Source of the DNA: Deinococcales bacterium
GTDB taxonomy: Bacteria > Deinococcota > Deinococci > Deinococcales > JAAFIG01
Direction: 5' to 3'
Assembly (NCBI GenBank): GCA_043778225.1
Contig: JAYWGM010000019.1
Coordinates: forward strand, 1 to 39,620
DNA length: 39,620 bases
Part shown: positions 33,315-39,620 of the stretch, piece by piece
Position numbering within the stretch: the stretch's first letter is position 1
How the letters are laid out: each line of letters starts with the position of its first letter
Program-made: the position numbers and the translations under genes
The notes under the pieces: generated by a model
The model's input: the letters and a program-made list of their open reading frames with translations, nothing else
Told to the model about the DNA's origin: nothing
The model's database searches: none

Positions 33315-34442
33315 CTAAATAATTTCCTCGAGGGTTTCGCCACGCAGCACCTTGGCAACTTCATCATCGGTCACGGTTCTCGAGTTAATCGCCGGTAAGT
33401 ACAGTTCTTCGTAAAGGGCTTTGCAGATAATTAAAAACGGCACGGCTAAAAATGCCCCAATCACTCCAAAAAGCCCCGAAAAAATCAGCACCCCAATCAA
33501 TAGACTGGCTGGGTGCAAACTTACCCCTCGAGCCATGACAATTGGTACAAGAACGTTAAAAACAATCTGCTGGATTGCAAAAATCACAATTCCAACCAAA
33601 ATCGCATTCTGTGGGTTGGGCGACAGGCTCGATAAGACTGGCGGCAGCAGCCCAAAGAGTGGACCAATCACTGGAATAATGTTGGTCACGCCAGCAATCA
33701 CACTCCAAAGCAAAATGTTGCCAGAGTTAATGCCAAACAGTGCCAAAATGCTTAGCCCAAGCCCAACTGCAATCCCCATAATCAGTGATAAAAAAAGCGT
33801 CGCCATCAGCCAAGCCGAAAGCTGCTTGCCAATTCGCCCCAAGGCTCGAGTGGCTTCGTCACGGTAGGTATTGGGGATTCCAGCCAATGCGCCTTTTAAG
33901 AGCGGCTCGGGCGAGATTAAAACCGTAAAACCCATCAGGAGTAGCAGCACACCCAATAAAGCGCTGTTTAAGAGATTGCTGGTTGCCCCAAGTGCCGATA
34001 AAAGTGTGCTTGGCACAGCCGAAAGTAAACCTTGAAGTTGCTTAGCAAGGTCGCCGCTGGCGAGCGAATCGGAAACGCTTTTGAAAAGTGGGTTGCTCGA
34101 GGTGGCAGTAATTAACCATGTTTGGACATTTTGGGCAATGCTTGGGATGCTCGAGACCAAACTGGTCAGTTGTGAAATGAGTGCCGGAATCAGCGCACCA
34201 ATTAAGCCAACTGTGCCACCAAGCACCACAAATAAAATCAGGGCAGCAGCCAGACCACGCGGGATGCGGTGGTTGGTCATCCACAAGACGGCTGGATTTA
34301 AGCCAGCCGCGATAATTAAAGCCAGCGTAATGAGCAGTAAAGTCTGTCCAAGGGTTTGAATCGCACCCCAGAGCAGCAGCACCCCAAGCACAATTAGCGC
34401 AGCAGGAAGAAGATTAACAACTCGAGTTGGGCGTATTTCCAT
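33315..34442 (-). CDS. AI-2E family transporter
   Basis: Multi-TM; LNP, IIPVIGP, QQI...VP.V, LHP, GAFLAVP. Confidence 0.9.
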   Translation of the reverse strand: MEIRPTRVVNLLPAALIVLGVLLLWGAIQTLGQTLLLITLALIIAAGLNPAVLWMTNHRIPRGLAAALILFVVLGGTVGLIGALIPALISQLTSLVSSIPSIAQNVQTWLITATSSNPLFKSVSDSLASGDLAKQLQGLLSAVPSTLLSALGATSNLLNSALLGVLLLLMGFTVLISPEPLLKGALAGIPNTYRDEATRALGRIGKQLSAWLMATLFLSLIMGIAVGLGLSILALFGINSGNILLWSVIAGVTNIIPVIGPLFGLLPPVLSSLSPNPQNAILVGIVIFAIQQIVFNVLVPIVMARGVSLHPASLLIGVLIFSGLFGVIGAFLAVPFLIICKALYEELYLPAINSRTVTDDEVAKVLRGETLEEII

Positions 34443-34451
34443 CGGTCTATT

Positions 34452-35162
34452 CTACTTGTATTGGCTCAAGAATTTTTCGACCGCCACCCAGTATTCTGCG
34501 CCAGTCAGTGGATTAGACAGCACCCTCGAGCCGTGCAGACCGATACCTTTTGGGATAAATTGGGTTTTATTTTTGCTGCTTGTGGCATTAAAAATGGCTT
34601 TGGCGGCTTTAACTTCCGAGTCAGCACTGGTGATAAAGACTGGGATATTGACTTTTTTGGCGGCTTCACGCACCAAATTTGGTTTCTCGAGGTATTCATC
34701 GGGCGAGAATGCCAGTAAACCAGCCACATCCTGAGGATTTTTGGCAGTCAACAAGAACACCAAGGCACTTGAGTAGGAGCTTCCCCAAACAATCACTTTT
34801 GGGGCTTTGAGTGTGGTTTTGGCGTAACGCAAGCTGGCTTCTAAATCGGGTAAGGTTGCCGAATAACTGGTGCTGCTGACTTGGGCAGCGGTTTTGTTGA
34901 CTCCACCAAATTCTGAGCCGCCAGAACGCTGGTCTACAGCTAAAGTGGCAAAGCCTAGGGTATTTAATTTTGGTGCAATTTTTTCGTACTCGAGCCGACT
35001 GCCATTGGCTTGGTGAAACAAAATAATCAAGCCTCGAGCTTTGGCAACGGCGGTGTGGTCAGCATAGACTTGGATGCCATCGGCAGCTTTGTAACTGACC
35101 TCTTGGGTCGAGGCAAGGGTTGCGCCTGTTGCCAGCAAAACCATAATCAAGATTTTTTTCAT
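34452..35162 (-). CDS. Exported alpha/beta hydrolase (dienelactone hydrolase-like)
   Basis: Signal peptide, LFHQA, DQRSGG, WGSSYS nucleophile elbow, HGS. Confidence 0.85.
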   Translation of the reverse strand: MKKILIMVLLATGATLASTQEVSYKAADGIQVYADHTAVAKARGLIILFHQANGSRLEYEKIAPKLNTLGFATLAVDQRSGGSEFGGVNKTAAQVSSTSYSATLPDLEASLRYAKTTLKAPKVIVWGSSYSSALVFLLTAKNPQDVAGLLAFSPDEYLEKPNLVREAAKKVNIPVFITSADSEVKAAKAIFNATSSKNKTQFIPKGIGLHGSRVLSNPLTGAEYWVAVEKFLSQYK

Positions 35163-35188
35163 GGTCTAAAGTCTACTTCAGGTTTAGA

Positions 35189-36598
35189 ATGTTGGCTATG
35201 ACCGAACTGACGATTCTCGAGGCTGGGCGACAAATGGCGAGTGGTGAACAAAGTGCAGAAATGCTCACCCAGATGTATTTGGAGCGAATTACTGAGTACG
35301 ACCCGACCTTAAAAAGTGTGCTGGAACTCAACCCCGATGCCCTCGCCACGGCTCGAGATTTAGACACCGAGCGCAAGGCTGGAAAAATTCGTGGCGTACT
35401 GCACGGCATTCCAATTTTAATTAAAGACAACATCTCAACTGCTGATTCAATGCAAACCACGGCTGGCTCGAGGGCGCTTTTGGGGCATTTTGCCCGAGAA
35501 GATGCCGAAATCGTGCGGCGCTTGCGATTGGCTGGAGCAGTGATTATCGGCAAAACCAACATGACCGAATGGGCAAATTTTATGACCACCCAAATGCCCA
35601 GTGGTTACTCGAGCCGTGGTGGACAAACTGTTAATCCATACGACCCGACCATCACTCCGGGCGGAAGCTCAAGCGGCACAGGGGTTGCGATTGCTGCCAA
35701 TTTTGCGGTGGTGGGTATTGGCACTGAAACCAGTGGCAGTATTCTCAATCCAAGCAACCAAAATAGTCTGGTTGGTATTAAACCCACGGTCGGGTTGGTC
35801 TCGAGGCGCGGTATTATTCCAATCTCGAGTACCCAAGATACGGCTGGTCCAATGACCCGCACGGTTCAGGATGCAGCTTTTTTGCTCCAAGCGATACTTG
35901 GCACAGACCCCAAAGACCGCATCACCAAAACGCAACCCAAAAAAATAGCTTTTGGCAAACTCGAGCGGCTGGACTTAAAAGGTGTAAAACTTGGAATCCC
36001 CAAAGAAGTCTACTGGGATTACCCAACAACTTTTGAAAAAGCTGTTTTAGAAGCTGGTCTCGAGGTGCTGCGTGGGCTTGGGGCGGAGCTAATCGAGACC
36101 AACCTGCCCGAGGTCAAAGCCATTGCTGACCTCAATTATGCAGTTTTGATTCACGAATTTAAGCGTGACCTGAATAAGTATTTGCGCCAGACCCCAATAA
36201 AAAATATGGCAAATTTAATTGCTTTTAACGATGCCGATCCAGAAACGATGCTGCGTTATGGTCAAATTCTGCTGCTGGCGGCGCAAAGTTCGCTTGGTGA
36301 TAAAAGCCTCGAGTATGCCCATGCTCGAGCAAATGATATTCGTTTGGCTCGAGGTGGCTTGGATATTGCCCTCAACGGTATAGATGCACTGATTTTCCCC
36401 AGTTACTGGGGTTCGAGTGTTGGCGCAAAAGCGGGTTATCCGACCATTATTGTACCAGCCGGTTACAGCGAAATCGGGCATCCTGTTGGGTTATCTTTTT
36501 TGGGTCGTGCCTATAGCGAAGCGCCTTTGCTCGAAATTGCTTATGCTTTTGAAAAAGCCACTTTGGCTCGAGTTGCCCCAAAAGCTGCTCCAATTTAG
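35189..36598 (+). CDS. Amidase signature family protein
   Basis: LHGIPILIKDN, GGSSSG, GTETSGSI, SSTQDTAGPM. Confidence 0.93.
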   Translation: MLAMTELTILEAGRQMASGEQSAEMLTQMYLERITEYDPTLKSVLELNPDALATARDLDTERKAGKIRGVLHGIPILIKDNISTADSMQTTAGSRALLGHFAREDAEIVRRLRLAGAVIIGKTNMTEWANFMTTQMPSGYSSRGGQTVNPYDPTITPGGSSSGTGVAIAANFAVVGIGTETSGSILNPSNQNSLVGIKPTVGLVSRRGIIPISSTQDTAGPMTRTVQDAAFLLQAILGTDPKDRITKTQPKKIAFGKLERLDLKGVKLGIPKEVYWDYPTTFEKAVLEAGLEVLRGLGAELIETNLPEVKAIADLNYAVLIHEFKRDLNKYLRQTPIKNMANLIAFNDADPETMLRYGQILLLAAQSSLGDKSLEYAHARANDIRLARGGLDIALNGIDALIFPSYWGSSVGAKAGYPTIIVPAGYSEIGHPVGLSFLGRAYSEAPLLEIAYAFEKATLARVAPKAAPI

Positions 36599-36697
36599 GT
36601 TGGTATTGTTTGGGTTACTTTTGTAACACCTCGAGAAATCAAGGCGTGACTGATGCTTTGTTATTTTTTTAAATTCTCCAGTTCGGAATCTAAGGCG

Positions 36698-36727
36698 TTG
36701 ACAAATCCATAACCGTTAAACTATGAT
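36698..36727 (+). promoter_or_regulatory. Putative sigma70 promoter of the ArsR-SRPBCC cluster
   Basis: TTGACA-N18-TATGAT. Confidence 0.55.
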
Positions 36728-36734
36728 ATAATCT

Positions 36735-37076
36735 ATGAGTTATGAATCTGGAGTACCAAATGCACCCAACGAAATTTTCAAAACCCTTGCTGACCCAAAT
36801 CGTCGTGCTGTTTTTGAACAACTGATACGCGAAGGCGAACAAAACGTGCGAAGCCTGACCAAACATGCGGGCATCTCGCAGCCGGCGGTCTCTAAACACC
36901 TCAGTATTCTCAAACAAGCTGGACTGGTGCGCGAACGCCCTCAAGGACGCGCTGTGCATTACAGTGCTAACCCGAAGGGTTTAACCCCACTGATGGACTG
37001 GATTAACTTGTACGGGGTCTTTTGGAAAAACAGTTTCGATAAACTCGAGCATTTGCTTGACGGGATGCAAGAATGA
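36735..37076 (+). CDS. ArsR/SmtB family transcriptional regulator
   Basis: FKTLADPNRR, SQPAVSKHL..LKQAGLV. Confidence 0.92.
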   Translation: MSYESGVPNAPNEIFKTLADPNRRAVFEQLIREGEQNVRSLTKHAGISQPAVSKHLSILKQAGLVRERPQGRAVHYSANPKGLTPLMDWINLYGVFWKNSFDKLEHLLDGMQE

Positions 37077-37507
37077 CCGAACCGACTTTAGAATCCATTA
37101 TCGTTGAACGGGTGATGCCGCATTCGTCCGCCAAAATTTGGCGAGCCTTGACCGAAACAACCCTGCTTGAGCAATGGCTTATGCACAACGATTTCCAAGC
37201 TGTTTTAGGTCAACAATTTGAGTTCCGCCGACCAAGTATGCCTGGCTGGAACGGCATTACCAAGTGCCAAGTTCTCAGCCTCGAGCCACCTGAGCGACTT
37301 GTTTACACTTGGAATCCGGCTGGAGAAGATGCGATTAACGGCTTAAAAACGCTCGTGATATGGACTTTAACGCCAGTGGAAGGTGGGACGTTATTGCGAA
37401 TGGAACACTCCGGATTTACCCTTGCACGAACCAATGCCCAAAAAGGCACACTTCACGGTTGGACAGGCTTCTTTAAGAGCTTAGAACAGCTTCTTACTAC
37501 CCTGTAG
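37073..37507 (+). CDS. SRPBCC (AHSA1-like) domain protein
   Basis: KIWRALT..LLEQWLM, PPERLVYTW, T.LRMEHSGF, GW. Confidence 0.9.
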   Translation: MTEPTLESIIVERVMPHSSAKIWRALTETTLLEQWLMHNDFQAVLGQQFEFRRPSMPGWNGITKCQVLSLEPPERLVYTWNPAGEDAINGLKTLVIWTLTPVEGGTLLRMEHSGFTLARTNAQKGTLHGWTGFFKSLEQLLTTL

Positions 37508-37523
37508 TTTCAAAAGGAGTTTT

Positions 37524-37868
37524 ATGATGCCAGAAATTAAATCACTGATTTATCCAGTCAAAGACATCTCACACGCCAAGACAATCTACAGCACGCTTTT
37601 TGGCATCGCGCCCTATACGGATAGCCCCTATTATGTTGGGTTTAAGGTCGGTAATAAAGACGTTGGCTTAGACCCCAATGGGCATCACAACGGTATGACC
37701 GCACCCGTCAGTTTTGTGCAAGTACAAGACATTCACAGCACCTTGCAAGCCTTGCTCGAGAACGGCGCATTGGTTCATCAGGAAGTCAAAGATGTTGGGG
37801 CTGGAACACTGACAGCGCTGTTCAAAGACTTGGATGGAAATATTACAGGATTGATTCAAGGCGCGTAA
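37524..37868 (+). CDS. VOC/glyoxalase family protein
   Basis: YPVKDI..AK..Y, DVGAG, DLDGNITGL. Confidence 0.88.
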   Translation: MMPEIKSLIYPVKDISHAKTIYSTLFGIAPYTDSPYYVGFKVGNKDVGLDPNGHHNGMTAPVSFVQVQDIHSTLQALLENGALVHQEVKDVGAGTLTALFKDLDGNITGLIQGA

Positions 37869-37904
37869 ACAACATTCAAAGCTCAAATATCCAAGGAGAA
37901 AACA

Positions 37905-38261
37905 ATGAAACTTAATCATCTTGCTCTGACCGTAACCGATGTTCCTGCCACCAGCAATTTTTTAGAGAAGTATTTTTCGTTAAAACCAAGACCAGTGGCG
38001 GCTGGTAACATCAACATGGCGTTGATGGATGATGATAATGGCTCGATCATCAGTTTATTCAAAGGCGAAAAAGTGCAGTATCCAGAATCATTTCACATTG
38101 GGTTCATTCAGGATAACGAGGCTCGAGTAGACGAAATTCATGCGCGTTTCAAAGCCGATGGTTTCGAGGCAAACGAACCTCAGCGCTTGCATGGCACGTA
38201 CACCTTTTACTTTAAGTCCCCTGCTGGGTTTACGATAGAGGTGCTGTCTGTGCTGAACTGA
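37905..38261 (+). CDS. VOC/glyoxalase family protein
   Basis: LNHLALTVTDV, FHIGF, FYFKSPAGFTIEV. Confidence 0.88.
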   Translation: MKLNHLALTVTDVPATSNFLEKYFSLKPRPVAAGNINMALMDDDNGSIISLFKGEKVQYPESFHIGFIQDNEARVDEIHARFKADGFEANEPQRLHGTYTFYFKSPAGFTIEVLSVLN

Positions 38262-38412
38262 TTATCAACCCTCGAGCAAAATTCGTAAAAAAGCCACAAA
38301 ATCTCGAGCAGGTATGAGAGAGACCCCGCAATACTCTCAAATAAAGAATGCTCTCAGTTGTAGGTTGCGTTTTACTTAGAATACTTTTAAATTTAATACC
38401 ACAGGAAGTCGT

Positions 38413-39000
38413 ATGAATAGCATAAATCCCAAGGTTGACTGGTTTTTTGATAAAGCCAAAAAGTGGCAAGCAGAATTTAGGCAGCTAAGAACAATCATTC
38501 TCGAGTGCGAACTGACCGAAGAACTCAAATGGGGCGTGCCTTGTTACACATCTAAAAGCAGCAACATTCTTCTGATTCACGGCTTCAAGGAGTACTGTGC
38601 AATTTTATTCCATAAAGGGGCATTGTTAATTGATGCCGAAGGTATTTTGGTACAGCAAACCAAAAATGTTCAATCAGCCCGTCAAATTCGGTTTAGCAGT
38701 TTGCAAGAAATTAACGAACTCGAGTCCACCATAAAAAATTATATCTTTGAAGCGATTCAAGTTGAAAAAATGGGCTTAAAAGTAGCGTTGAAAAAAACCA
38801 GAGAATTTGATGTCCCCGAAGAATTTCAAAACGAATTAGACCAAAACCCTGCTTTGGAAGAGGCTTTTTCTGCCTTAACCCCTGGGCGACAACGAGGCTA
38901 TATACTGTATTTTTCTGCGCCCAAACAAGCTAAAACTCGAGTCTCAAGGGTCGAAAAATATGTGGAACAAATTCTTTTGGGCAAAGGATTAGATGACTGA
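38413..39000 (+). CDS. YdeI/OmpD-associated family protein (DUF1801)
   Basis: EELKWGVPCY, LFHKGALL, LTPGRQRGY, KQAKTR. Confidence 0.9.
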   Translation: MNSINPKVDWFFDKAKKWQAEFRQLRTIILECELTEELKWGVPCYTSKSSNILLIHGFKEYCAILFHKGALLIDAEGILVQQTKNVQSARQIRFSSLQEINELESTIKNYIFEAIQVEKMGLKVALKKTREFDVPEEFQNELDQNPALEEAFSALTPGRQRGYILYFSAPKQAKTRVSRVEKYVEQILLGKGLDD

Positions 39001-39352
39001 AAAAGTGACCTCAGTTGAAGATTATTTGACCTCACTAGAGGCTGTGAAGGAGCGGACACTGAGGGCGGTCATTAATTTTATTCTGACCCAATTCCCAGAA
39101 CTTGAGTGCAAAATTTCTTGGAATGTGCCGCAAATTCATCGTAACGGAATGTATGTGTTTGGTGTTTCTGCTCTTAAAAATCATCTGGCTCTAGCCCCTT
39201 GGAGTTCTCGAGTGATTGAAGATTTTAAGCTCAGGCTCGAGAATTATGTGGTTCGCAAAAACCTTTTTCAGATACCAACTGACTGGGAAATTGACACTGA
39301 ATTGCTAAAGGATTTGGTTCGCGCCAGACTTGCCGAAATTGGATTAGATTAG
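38993..39352 (+). CDS. DUF1801 (YdhG-like) domain protein
   Basis: VEDYL, ISWNVP, KNHLALAP, LLKDLV.AR. Confidence 0.85.
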   Translation: MTEKVTSVEDYLTSLEAVKERTLRAVINFILTQFPELECKISWNVPQIHRNGMYVFGVSALKNHLALAPWSSRVIEDFKLRLENYVVRKNLFQIPTDWEIDTELLKDLVRARLAEIGLD

Positions 39353-39445
39353 CTCGAGTTTTAGAATCGCAAGTAGCAGCACCAATTCTTTAAGAGAGTT
39401 TGAGAATGTGTTTTGTGCCTTGGCTTGCATCGCTACGAACCGTTT

Positions 39446-39607
39446 GATACCGAATTAACTTAATCACTCTCGTTTGCCAAAAAACGGCAAACTGCCGTTC
39501 TTGCTCACAAAACAGCACCTCGCGGGCTGTTCGCGCTTCTCGCGTTAAATTCGGTATCGTTAATACTCCCGTTGGTCGGGTAAAGAATCAAAAAGCGATT
39601 CTTTACC
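39446..39607. repeat. Palindromic small repeat element
   Basis: GATACCGAATT...AATTCGGTATC inverted pair, then TACTCCCGTTGGTCGG and hairpin GGTAAAGAATC/GATTCTTTACC. Confidence 0.55.
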
Positions 39608-39620
39608 TTAATTTGGTATG

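Overview
Bacterial chromosomal window of roughly 50% GC, most likely Deinococcota (inferred from the NrdJ type, the DUF4384/PEGA protein and the fabZ-lpxA-lpxB-like cluster). The hexamer CTCGAG is hyper-abundant. Most of the window is ordinary housekeeping and accessory genes. The exception is a ~7 kb minus-strand unit (14494->7446). It begins with a sigma70-like promoter, a 53-aa leader ORF (absent from the ORF track) and an intrinsic terminator, which together look like a ribosome-sensing attenuator. Next comes an array of 26 tRNA genes covering 19 amino acids plus one aberrant tRNA. Interspersed are about six Y-RNA-like genes sharing a bulged-C Ro60-binding helix, a 211-nt tRNA-framed pseudoknotted RNA, a RelE/YafQ-like ORF and two antitoxin-like ORFs. 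The unit ends in the Ro60/Rsr (TROVE-vWA) gene. Two of the Y RNAs are built as tRNA bodies with the Ro-binding hairpin inserted into the anticodon arm. All structures were folded by eye; no searches were run.
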